This document shows, piece by piece, positions 9,013 to 17,304 of a stretch of 51,630 nucleotides of DNA. Location: positions 1 to 51,630 of the forward strand of contig JBEQBQ010000007.1 of NCBI GenBank assembly GCA_041639695.1, given 5' to 3'. The position numbers and the translations under genes were made by a program. The notes under the pieces were generated by a model that searched no databases, had not been told where the DNA came from, and saw only the letters and a list, made by a program, of their open reading frames with translations. The first letter of the stretch is position 1, and every line of letters begins with the position of its first letter. The DNA comes from Candidatus Nanohaloarchaea archaeon. GTDB lineage: Archaea; Nanohalarchaeota; Nanosalinia; Nanosalinales; Nanosalinaceae.

Positions 9013-9975
9013 TCAAAGAACTCTACGATCCCTCCTTTTAACTTCAGGCGAAAAACGTTTCTCCAGTCTCTTCAAATATTTCTCGCTAAGTTTTGCCCTT
9101 CGATCTGCCTCAACTACCGGCGAGGGAACAGTATAGCGTTCTGAAGTCTTCATGTAAAGCAGTTCTCCGGCGATATCATCTGCATGTTCCGGTTCTCCAA
9201 AGTAATCTATTCTTAAAGGAAGATCCTTCGAGGAAAGCTTCACGTAGAAAGTATGGATCTTGTTGACATCCCTTTCTTCGAGCTTCCCTAGTACAGGATG
9301 TTCTACAGGACCTTTTGCGTAGTGGCGGACGAAGCTTCTTTCACCTTCATCAAGTATCTTATCCATCAACAAAGTGTCCCGGATATTGCCTATTTCTATA
9401 CCCAGTTTTTCCTCGAGAAGTTCTGCAAGCTTGAGACCATAAGAATCTTCTACAACCCCTACAAGTCTTCCGGAACCTGCCATTTTGAACAGCTCCGTGT
9501 AGTTGTCCATCGCCTCATCATCTTCAAGGTAGCTGGGGACCACCGATCCATCCATGAAAACTCTATCGGATTTTTCTGTTGCTTTTATAGCTACTGAGGT
9601 CTCTTCTTTCAGTCTTTTTGTTTCAGCGTTTCTGTCTATCGAGTCAGCTTCTTCAGGTTTGAAGACGAAGTATTCAGGTTCAGGACTTTTAGAAGGCAGA
9701 TAAGTGGACTCAATATCCTTTTTCGAGAAGTCGAGTATTGCCGCGACCGCTCTAACAGCCACAAAGTCGCCTGAAGAATACCTCTTCTTTAGTAATCCTC
9801 CGTCTATACCCGCGACTTTTCCAGGGTTTTTCAGTTCTATCTCTCTCTTGAGTGCAGATTCTTTGACTTCTGCATCCCTTTCAATAGTATCTATTCCTTC
9901 GAACTTTTCCTTTAGTTTAGTGTCCTTACTGCTGTTTTCTGAAAGTTTTTCTGCGGCCTCCTCTATCCCGGGCAT
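9013..9975 (-). CDS. nurA: DNA double-strand-break repair nuclease NurA
   Basis: VAGIDGG, FMDGS, LVGVVEDS, DTLLM and Y..PSPVVEADRRAKL motifs. Confidence 0.85.
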   Translation of the reverse strand: MPGIEEAAEKLSENSSKDTKLKEKFEGIDTIERDAEVKESALKREIELKNPGKVAGIDGGLLKKRYSSGDFVAVRAVAAILDFSKKDIESTYLPSKSPEPEYFVFKPEEADSIDRNAETKRLKEETSVAIKATEKSDRVFMDGSVVPSYLEDDEAMDNYTELFKMAGSGRLVGVVEDSYGLKLAELLEEKLGIEIGNIRDTLLMDKILDEGERSFVRHYAKGPVEHPVLGKLEERDVNKIHTFYVKLSSKDLPLRIDYFGEPEHADDIAGELLYMKTSERYTVPSPVVEADRRAKLSEKYLKRLEKRFSPEVKRRDRRVL

Positions 9976-10013
9976 AAACAGGTATAAGAGCTTTAAAGCT
10001 TTAAATCCCGGTT
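9976..10013. promoter_or_regulatory. Overlapping divergent promoters for nurA and the HAD gene, with palindrome TTTAAAGCTTTAAA
   Basis: TATAAGAG at 9983 (+) and TTTAAAG from 10005 (-), each ~30 nt before an ATG; perfect 14-bp palindrome at 9992..10005. Confidence 0.6.
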
Positions 10014-10793
10014 ATGGAACTTCACGAACAGCTGGACGAGATCAAATACTTCTTCCTTGACCTGGATAAAACACTCTGGAACTGGGACGACACTATTATT
10101 GGTGCAGAAGACCTGGTTCATTCTTTGAGGCAGAGGGATAGACAGGTTTACTTCCATACAGACAACACTTTGCTTACACGTGAGCAGTACGCCAAAAAGC
10201 TTACTTCTATGGATATTGAAGCAGAACCTGACCACATCTTGACAGCAGGACATGTAACCGGCAGAAGATTGGAGAAAGATGACGTCAACAAAGCCTACGT
10301 TATTGGCGAGTCCGGTCTTATTGAGGAGCTTGAAAGGCATGATGTGAAGATGACTGATGAAGCTGAGAATGTGGTAATGGGTTTTGATAGGCAGTTCAGC
10401 TACAGGAAGGCTCGGAAGGCGATGAAGATTCTTGAGGATGGCGGAAATCTTTATGTTTGCTCGACCGAGGAGAAGTTCAGAACCTCCAAGGTCACTCAAC
10501 CTCACCAAGGGATGTTCAACCCGGGCTTTGAGCGTTATGACCCTGTGTTAACCGGTAAACCGGGTGAAGCTTATGTTGATGCTTTTCAGGACTACTTTAA
10601 TTTCTTCCCCGATCGCTCTCTAATGGTGGGGGACAGATTGGCGGACATCGAGCTTGGTAACAGACTTGGAATGAAGACAGGCGCAGTCATGTCAGGTGAA
10701 ATAACCAGAGAGAAGCTGAAGAGGGCTGATGACATACAGAAACCTGACTTCGGTATTTCCAGCCTCAACAGTTTGAGAACGAAGTTTGTTTAA
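10014..10793 (+). CDS. HAD-IIA (NagD-like) phosphatase
   Basis: DLDKT motif I, VMGFD cap, TGKP, MVGDRLADI..GNRLGM..VMSG. Confidence 0.88.
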   Translation: MELHEQLDEIKYFFLDLDKTLWNWDDTIIGAEDLVHSLRQRDRQVYFHTDNTLLTREQYAKKLTSMDIEAEPDHILTAGHVTGRRLEKDDVNKAYVIGESGLIEELERHDVKMTDEAENVVMGFDRQFSYRKARKAMKILEDGGNLYVCSTEEKFRTSKVTQPHQGMFNPGFERYDPVLTGKPGEAYVDAFQDYFNFFPDRSLMVGDRLADIELGNRLGMKTGAVMSGEITREKLKRADDIQKPDFGISSLNSLRTKFV

Positions 10794-10831
10794 CCTCCCG
10801 AATATAAGCTTTTGCTACCACTTAATAATAC

Positions 10832-11470
10832 ATGGACTTCGAGTATACAGATAGGATGGATACGTTGATGGATTCAGTAAACGAAATCGATCTCGAAGAT
10901 AGTCCCTACCCTGATAGGATAGAGAATTTTGTTGAAGGACAGATCGATCCGTCCTTAGATAGTTTACCGGATTTCATGCAGGAATCTGAAAGATGGGATG
11001 ACGTCTCCAGACCAGGTCTTAGAATGGATTTCTGGGATTTCCCTGATACTACGATCGAGATGCTTGAATCCTACGCCCAGCAGGAATTTGATACTCCTGG
11101 CGTTGAGGGCGCTAAGCTGGCACAAGAAGCTCTTGAACTTATGGACTTTGGTTTTTCCCGCATTCCCGTGAACTATGTTCTTTTAGCGGTTGAACCAGAC
11201 CTTCCCGACGACCTGAACAAAGTAAACCAAAATTTGTACTTCAGCCCTACAAATATTGATAATGTACTTCCTGTACCTGAGGAATATCAGGGTGATGACG
11301 TGTTCACGGAAGTTGAAGGAGGCTATTTCGCTACCCTGGTAGACGATCCCGCTGTGCTGGCGAACCAGATTAACTATTTGATGGATCATATCGAGGGCGA
11401 AGGATACGAGTTCCAACCCGGTTTTAGAGACGCATTTAATGAAACAGTGGAAGGCTACACCGGTCTCTGA
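10832..11470 (+). CDS. Acidic hypothetical protein
   Basis: 212-aa ORF with host-like composition; TATAAG about 29 nt upstream. Confidence 0.75.
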   Translation: MDFEYTDRMDTLMDSVNEIDLEDSPYPDRIENFVEGQIDPSLDSLPDFMQESERWDDVSRPGLRMDFWDFPDTTIEMLESYAQQEFDTPGVEGAKLAQEALELMDFGFSRIPVNYVLLAVEPDLPDDLNKVNQNLYFSPTNIDNVLPVPEEYQGDDVFTEVEGGYFATLVDDPAVLANQINYLMDHIEGEGYEFQPGFRDAFNETVEGYTGL

Positions 11471-11520
11471 AGAAGAAGTTAAAAGATTCTTCTCCTTCTT
11501 TACTTCTAGGTGAACTGAAA

Positions 11521-13587
11521 ATTAAAGACCGCGTAACCGTTACCTCAGCACTACCGTACATCCACGGCGTACCACACCTAGGAAACATCGTAGGATCACT
11601 TTTACCCGCAGATATATTTCACAGATACCTCGATGTTAAAGGAAAAGACAACGTCTACATCTGTGGCAGCGATGTCCACGGCACACCTCTCGAACTCGAA
11701 TCAATAGAAAGAGATATGGACGTAGAAAAATTGAAGCAGGAGCAGCACGAGAAGACTAAAGAAGTACTTGAACGTTTTGACATGGATTTCAGTATTTACT
11801 CGGATACTGACTGCGATCACAACAGGAAGCAGACCTACGACATGTTCGAGGAGCTTTACTGCAGCGGTTACATCAAGCAGAAGGAGCAGAACCTGCCGTA
11901 CTGTTTAAATGATAGAAGATTTTTGCCTGACCGTTATATTGAAGGTGAGTGTCCTCACTGCGGAGGCTTGGCGAGAGGCGACCAGTGTGACGACTGCGGA
12001 AAACTGGTTGAACCTCAAGAACTTGACAACAAGGAATGCCAGATCTGCGGTAACTCCAACATAGAATTTAGGGATACGAAACATCTTTTCCTTGACCTTG
12101 AACCTTTCAAGGACGATCTGAATGAGTGGATGAAGTCGGATCCTGTACCTGAGAACATGAGGAGCCAGGTTGAAAACGATATTGAAGAGGCGGAGGACCG
12201 TTCTATCACGAGGGATCAGAACTGGGGCTTTGACGTACCTGTTGAAAGAGTGAACAAGAGAATTGAAGACGAAGGCTTAGACGTTCCCAAGTTAGGCGAA
12301 GAGTTTGAGGAAAAGGTTCTCTACGTCTGGTTTGACGCGCCTATAGGCTACATCGGTTTCACCAGAGAGCTTTTCGATGATAACGAGGAGTGGAAAGATT
12401 ACTGGATGAACGATAGGAGCGATGTCTACTACTCGATCGGTAAAGACAACGCAATTTTCCATAGCGTGATCTGGCCAAGCATGTTGAAAGGCGCCAGCAC
12501 CGAGGAAGAGGAGTATACTCTGCCGACTTACGAGTTTATCCACCAGTACTTGCTGGCGGAGGACACGAAGTTCTCAAAGTCGAGAGGCAAAGGTTTGAGT
12601 ACTGAGGAAGCGCTTGAAATGTATCCAAGTGATTACTGGCGTTTCTACCTCGCAAGGAATCTTCCGAACCATCACGACACACGGTTTGAATGGAAGGATT
12701 TCGAGAACGAGATCAACAACGTGCTGAACGATACTGTAGGCAACTTTGTTAACAGGACATTAAGTCTTGCCGAGCAGTGGTTCGACAATCAGGTTCCCGA
12801 CGCAAATCTAACTGATGCCGATGAGGAAGTCGTCGAGGAAGCCGAAGAAATAGTCGAAAAGTACCAAGAAAAGTTTGAGGAACATGATTTGAAGGAAGCT
12901 CTTGACGAGGCTTTGAAGCTTGCCAGGCTGGGAGACCAGTATCTTTCGGACGAAGAACCTTGGAACAACGAGGAAAGAAGGGAGGAAACAATCTATGTTT
13001 CGGTCCAGTTGTGCAGGGCGATCGGAGCCACTTTGTATCCTTACACGCCGGAGGCCTCAGAGAAGATCGGCGACATGCTTGACATAGAGATAGATACTTC
13101 GGAACGTGTTGACGAGCTTTCGGACCCTCTATTAGGAGGAGTAGACTCGGGCCATGAACTTGGTGAGAGGGAGATCCTGTTCGAGAAAATCGATGTCGAC
13201 GAAGACCGCGACACAGAACAGGAAAAAGAAGTCAACGATGAGCTGAAACGTTTGAACTCTGAAACAGTCGGTTTCGAGGAGTTCGGAGTGAACGAGATCC
13301 GTATCGGAAAGGTACTCGAAGTCGATGAGCATCCGAACGCCGACAAGCTCTACAAAATTAAAATTGATGTTGGCGGTGCAGAGCTCCAGACTTGTGCAGG
13401 TCTAAAGAACCATTACTCGAAGGAAGAGCTCGAAGACAGAAAAGTTGTGGTACTTGCTAATCTTGAACCTGCCGAGTTAAGGGGCGAGAAGAGCGAGTGT
13501 ATGATCCTGGTTGCCGAGGATGAAGAAGGAAACGTCTCCTTGTTAGAAACAGGAGAGGAAATGAAGGTAGGGAGCGAGATAAAGTAA
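11521..13587 (+). CDS. metG: Methionyl-tRNA synthetase with C-terminal tRNA-binding (Trbp111-like) domain; probable ATT start
   Basis: Frame upstream of ATG 11716 encodes TSALPYIHGVPHLGN (HIGH) and GSDVHGTP; Zn knuckles; YVWFDAPIGY; KFSKS; C-terminal HPNADKLY OB fold. Confidence 0.95.
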   Translation: MKDRVTVTSALPYIHGVPHLGNIVGSLLPADIFHRYLDVKGKDNVYICGSDVHGTPLELESIERDMDVEKLKQEQHEKTKEVLERFDMDFSIYSDTDCDHNRKQTYDMFEELYCSGYIKQKEQNLPYCLNDRRFLPDRYIEGECPHCGGLARGDQCDDCGKLVEPQELDNKECQICGNSNIEFRDTKHLFLDLEPFKDDLNEWMKSDPVPENMRSQVENDIEEAEDRSITRDQNWGFDVPVERVNKRIEDEGLDVPKLGEEFEEKVLYVWFDAPIGYIGFTRELFDDNEEWKDYWMNDRSDVYYSIGKDNAIFHSVIWPSMLKGASTEEEEYTLPTYEFIHQYLLAEDTKFSKSRGKGLSTEEALEMYPSDYWRFYLARNLPNHHDTRFEWKDFENEINNVLNDTVGNFVNRTLSLAEQWFDNQVPDANLTDADEEVVEEAEEIVEKYQEKFEEHDLKEALDEALKLARLGDQYLSDEEPWNNEERREETIYVSVQLCRAIGATLYPYTPEASEKIGDMLDIEIDTSERVDELSDPLLGGVDSGHELGEREILFEKIDVDEDRDTEQEKEVNDELKRLNSETVGFEEFGVNEIRIGKVLEVDEHPNADKLYKIKIDVGGAELQTCAGLKNHYSKEELEDRKVVVLANLEPAELRGEKSECMILVAEDEEGNVSLLETGEEMKVGSEIK

Positions 13588-13821
13588 CTAGTTGTAACTA
13601 ATGTGGTCAATCCCCACTTTTGTTGCTTCTCTTGTAAGGGGATTGTCCTCTACCACTATATCCCTTCCCGAGTAAGTCGTTTCTTCCTGTCTCAGTTCGC
13701 CTCTAATTCTGACATCGCTATCTCCATTAGAGTATCGGGAGTCGAACTTATAGGATGCGTCTGTTTCTTCCATGGCCGGTATTAGTTCATCAATAGGCAC
13801 GTCTGTTAGATCTTCTGTCAT
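13588..13821 (-). CDS. Small acidic hypothetical protein
   Basis: 77-aa ORF preceded by GAGGT SD. Confidence 0.6.
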   Translation of the reverse strand: MTEDLTDVPIDELIPAMEETDASYKFDSRYSNGDSDVRIRGELRQEETTYSGRDIVVEDNPLTREATKVGIDHISYN

Positions 13822-13881
13822 TTTTTACCTCTCTTTGGTTTTTCTGTAGGTTTTGAGTTCGATTACGGTTTCATTCAAACT

Positions 13882-14281
13882 CTATATACGTTTTTCATCC
13901 GATTCTTGAGTTGCCTGATCGTAGGCCTCTACCAGGTTTCTGAAAGTAGCAGTAGCGGATACACGTTCAAGGCCTTCTAAACGGTTCTCTACATCACGTA
14001 GGTCAATCTCTAGATGGCCGGGAAAGTCATCATCCGTCTCGAAATATGCAATATTTTCACGTTTTTGCTTTAGTGTAAAGCTTATTACGCCGTATTCGGT
14101 ATTTACAGCTCCTTCCTGGAAGGTTTCATCCTTGTACTTGAAGTCTAGTATTTCAAAATCCATTTCTGAATCAGGTTTCAAGTTTAATTTTATTTTTCTG
14201 GATTTCTCTTGTTCCGACCTCGTCTCTTAGTTGTTCGAGGCTTTCGCTGGCCGCTTCGTTGTATAGAACGTCCGGACTCAT
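13882..14281 (-). pseudogene. Hypothetical protein apparently split by a +1 frameshift (or two small genes of 36 and 93 aa)
   Basis: ATG 14281 follows a TTTATA box and stops at 14171; removing one A of the A5 run (14193..14197) fuses it to the 13882 ORF to give 132 aa. Confidence 0.45.
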
Positions 14282-14353
14282 ATGTTGTTATTACCTAGTC
14301 ACACATATAAAGGTTATGGCGTATCGCAACCAAGTCAGGTAATTTAGAAACCT

Positions 14354-14716
14354 TCAGAATAGGTAACGTTGAACATCCGAAAAACAAACGCTCTGATTTA
14401 CAAAAACCTCAGTCTCATAACGCTCATCAAGCCCTGCACCAATCTTCTTCACCAAAGGCTCATACCCTCCCAAACCAACTGCTTCATACTCAGAAAAATC
14501 TATATCAGAAAGATCGTTCTCATCCAAAACTTGGTCAAAAAATTCATAGCACGAAACATCCTCCTTCCGGGGCTCAGGGTCCATAGGAACAAGATATGAA
14601 TCGCCTTCCCAAGAATCTAAGAAACTCTCTAGCTCTTGATCAACCTCAGAAGCAATCTGCATATCCAGGTAGACTCCTAGAAAAACGCTTTCAGAGGTTT
14701 CAGAAAATTGATCCAT
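14354..14716 (-). CDS. Acidic hypothetical protein
   Basis: ATG 14716 lies 29 nt from TTTATA on the minus strand; acidic composition. Confidence 0.6.
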   Translation of the reverse strand: MDQFSETSESVFLGVYLDMQIASEVDQELESFLDSWEGDSYLVPMDPEPRKEDVSCYEFFDQVLDENDLSDIDFSEYEAVGLGGYEPLVKKIGAGLDERYETEVFVNQSVCFSDVQRYLF

Positions 14717-14770
14717 AACCAAGCAGTCAGGTTTTAAACTATAAAACAGTGAATTTCAGGATTCTAAATC

Positions 14771-15550
14771 ATGAAACTAAAATTTTTAGGAACCGGCGGA
14801 GGTAGATACGCCACAGGAAAACAGCTCAGAAAAACCGGAGGAATAGTGGTAAAGACGGAGGAAACACAGATACACGTCGATCCAGGTCCAGGCGCTTTAG
14901 TCGAAAGCCACGAAGAACTAGAAAATCCGGAGGAAACAGAACTTTTGGTTGTCTCACATGGACATCCGGATCACTCAAGCGACGCAGAACCCATTATTGA
15001 GATGATGACAACCTGTTTCGAACACCCGGGAACCTTATTTGCCTCAGAAAGCGTTCTATCAGGTTACGGAGACATAGAAAAAAGAGTCAGCGACTACCAC
15101 CAGAACCTCTGCGGGAAAGTGAAAACGCTAGACGAGGGAGCCGAGTTCGATTTCAAAGACGTTAGTGTAGAGTCGCAGCAAATGTTTCACAGCGACCCGA
15201 AGACACAGGGACTTTTCTTTGAAACTGATAAGAAGAAGATAGGTTTCTGGACCGACACCGAATACTCTGAAGAACTGCTTGAATTCTACGAAGGCTGTGA
15301 TATTATGGTTGTCTACTGCTCAAGGCCTAGGAACAAAGGGATATCCAGCCACACCTCGGTAGATGAGGTGCCAGAACTACTTAACTCAATAGAACCAAAG
15401 ACCGCGATACTTACTCATTTCGGTTCGACTTTTCTAGAATCAGATATGGAATCAGAAAAAGGGTGGATCGAAGAGAAAGTTGATTCAAAAATTATTCTGG
15501 CGGAAGATGGGATGGAGTTTCCCGGCAATAGAAGTTTAGGAGATTTCTAG
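14771..15550 (+). CDS. MBL-fold metallo-hydrolase (RNase Z/PhnP-like)
   Basis: FLGTGGG, VDPGPG, SHGHPDH, WTDTEY, LTHFG, AEDGM. Confidence 0.9.
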   Translation: MKLKFLGTGGGRYATGKQLRKTGGIVVKTEETQIHVDPGPGALVESHEELENPEETELLVVSHGHPDHSSDAEPIIEMMTTCFEHPGTLFASESVLSGYGDIEKRVSDYHQNLCGKVKTLDEGAEFDFKDVSVESQQMFHSDPKTQGLFFETDKKKIGFWTDTEYSEELLEFYEGCDIMVVYCSRPRNKGISSHTSVDEVPELLNSIEPKTAILTHFGSTFLESDMESEKGWIEEKVDSKIILAEDGMEFPGNRSLGDF

Positions 15551-16980
15551 GCCGGTACCCGACCTTCTACATTTTCTCTGACTTCTTCGAACTCTTCCTC
15601 AATCTCATCCCTACGGCCCCATATCTCTTCAAGCTTCTTTTTCTCTAGCTCAAGTTGCTGCTGTTTCATGTCCTCATCCATTTCTTGCTGATCTAATCGT
15701 TCTTCCAGGTTGTCTCTATGCTCTTCCCAGAACTCATCTACCCCTCCTTCTTGTTCGATGCCCCTTACAGTCTGCATTTCGTTGATAGTCCCCCTCTGTT
15801 CATCAGATAGTTCGGGCCCGGGCTCGGAAACATCCATTTCGTATTGTTCTACATGGAGTTTATCCCCCATACCTATTTCGGTGTAGGTCTGTGATGCGTT
15901 TACAACATCTGTACCACCCAGCTCAAAGATCTCATTTCCGTGGTTATGGCCTCCAGTCACTACATCGAGCTCTTCTCCATACTTTCTCATTACTTCAGTT
16001 ACGACTGTCGATCCATGTTCGTCTTTCTCACTGTAAGGAGTTGAGTGGTGGACAAGCATTACGTCGCCCTCGGCTTCTCCTATCATTTCTCCAATTTCGT
16101 CAACTCTTCCCATGAACTTCTCTACTTCTTCACTGTCTTCGAGCCCTTCAATTTTTTCTTCGTGTTCTTTGTGTTCTTCGGTCTTGAGCTCGTCAGGTAT
16201 GTCTTCAAGGTCGATTTCTTCTGGTTCAACATCGACTTCCCCATATCCTAGCATGCCCCCTATCTTCTTTGCTAATCCTCCGAGAAGCGGTATTTCTCCT
16301 AGAAGTCCGTAGTCAGGTTCATTTTCCCCCTCCATAACTTCTGCTACCTCTTTGAGATCGTCTTCTTCATATCCGAGATCATCGGTATCTGGATCACTCT
16401 TTAGGAGGTCATATACATCGCCTTCCAGCTCGAACTCATTATGGTCGTTCCCCATGTGGGTATCGAGCCCGATTATAGTGTTTCCGTCTTCAGTCTCGTA
16501 AGTAGAGTTTACAAAATTAACTAGGTTGTCGTGAGAGTCTATGAAGAACTCGAACGCATTACCTTCATAGTCGGAAAAGTCTCCATATTCCTCCTCTAAT
16601 TTTTCTTCTATTCGCTCAATCTTGTCCTCATCGTTATAATGTGTGCCCTTGACTGGAGCGTGGTTCCCGGGCAGGGTGAGGACGTCTGCGTCGAAGTAGT
16701 CTCCCAGTTCGTCCAAGTTCTCATATGTTTCTTCGAGTTGTTCGATGTAGGTATCATCGTCTATCTCTGCGTCTCCACCTATAGCGCCCTTCTCGACTTT
16801 TTTCGATGCGTCACCGTGATATACTATCTGGTCTACATCTTCGGAATCATACTGTTCAACAATATCGTCGTAGGGTACGCCGTCCAGTTCTGTATCGCCA
16901 AGTTGAAGAGTTCCATCCATATCTCTGAAATTTTCCAAGTCAGAACCGGCTGAACCTTCTTGGGCTTTTGATTCTGTCAT
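15547..16980 (-). CDS. Highly acidic calcineurin-like metallophosphoesterase-fold protein
   Basis: LGDTE, YHGD, PGNH, LVHH and GGHNH motifs in order. Confidence 0.65.
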   Translation of the reverse strand: MTESKAQEGSAGSDLENFRDMDGTLQLGDTELDGVPYDDIVEQYDSEDVDQIVYHGDASKKVEKGAIGGDAEIDDDTYIEQLEETYENLDELGDYFDADVLTLPGNHAPVKGTHYNDEDKIERIEEKLEEEYGDFSDYEGNAFEFFIDSHDNLVNFVNSTYETEDGNTIIGLDTHMGNDHNEFELEGDVYDLLKSDPDTDDLGYEEDDLKEVAEVMEGENEPDYGLLGEIPLLGGLAKKIGGMLGYGEVDVEPEEIDLEDIPDELKTEEHKEHEEKIEGLEDSEEVEKFMGRVDEIGEMIGEAEGDVMLVHHSTPYSEKDEHGSTVVTEVMRKYGEELDVVTGGHNHGNEIFELGGTDVVNASQTYTEIGMGDKLHVEQYEMDVSEPGPELSDEQRGTINEMQTVRGIEQEGGVDEFWEEHRDNLEERLDQQEMDEDMKQQQLELEKKKLEEIWGRRDEIEEEFEEVRENVEGRVPA

Positions 16981-17097
16981 ATTAGTTAATGGGGCGGCAA
17001 GACATAAAAAGCTTTTGTTACCTTTGCCTCAAAACACAATATTTCTGGTAGCTTCTTTCGGGAAGCTGTTAAAAAATTCAGCTCTACAATCTAGTAC

Positions 17098-17163
17098 ATG
17101 AGTTTGAAGGCAACATCGGGTGGACGCTTTGTACCCGGAAACACGTTTGAACAGTCTTTCTAG
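17098..17163 (+). CDS. Candidate 21-aa small ORF or sRNA upstream of valS
   Basis: ATG exactly 29 nt after TTAAAA; encodes MSLKATSGGRFVPGNTFEQSF; internal CGGGT..ACCCG stem. Confidence 0.3.
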   Translation: MSLKATSGGRFVPGNTFEQSF

Positions 17164-17304
17164 CCTTCGCTATAACTTTAAACTTTCACTTGATCTTTCT
17201 CGTGATTTATCTATGAAACTGAAACACCTAGACACAGCTCTTTCACAGCTTCAAAACCCATTTAATACTGGTTTGAACATCCCGAGAACAAGAGGCAACT
17301 AAAA

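Noticed and set aside
11510-11518. TGA readthrough or selenocysteine at the metG start
   Set aside because: GTG-AAC-TGA is out of frame with metG, so readthrough would not give MetRS
17120-17302. 60-aa ORF or T-box/attenuator before valS
   Set aside because: Composition is unlike the proteome; no Val-codon run or T-box consensus
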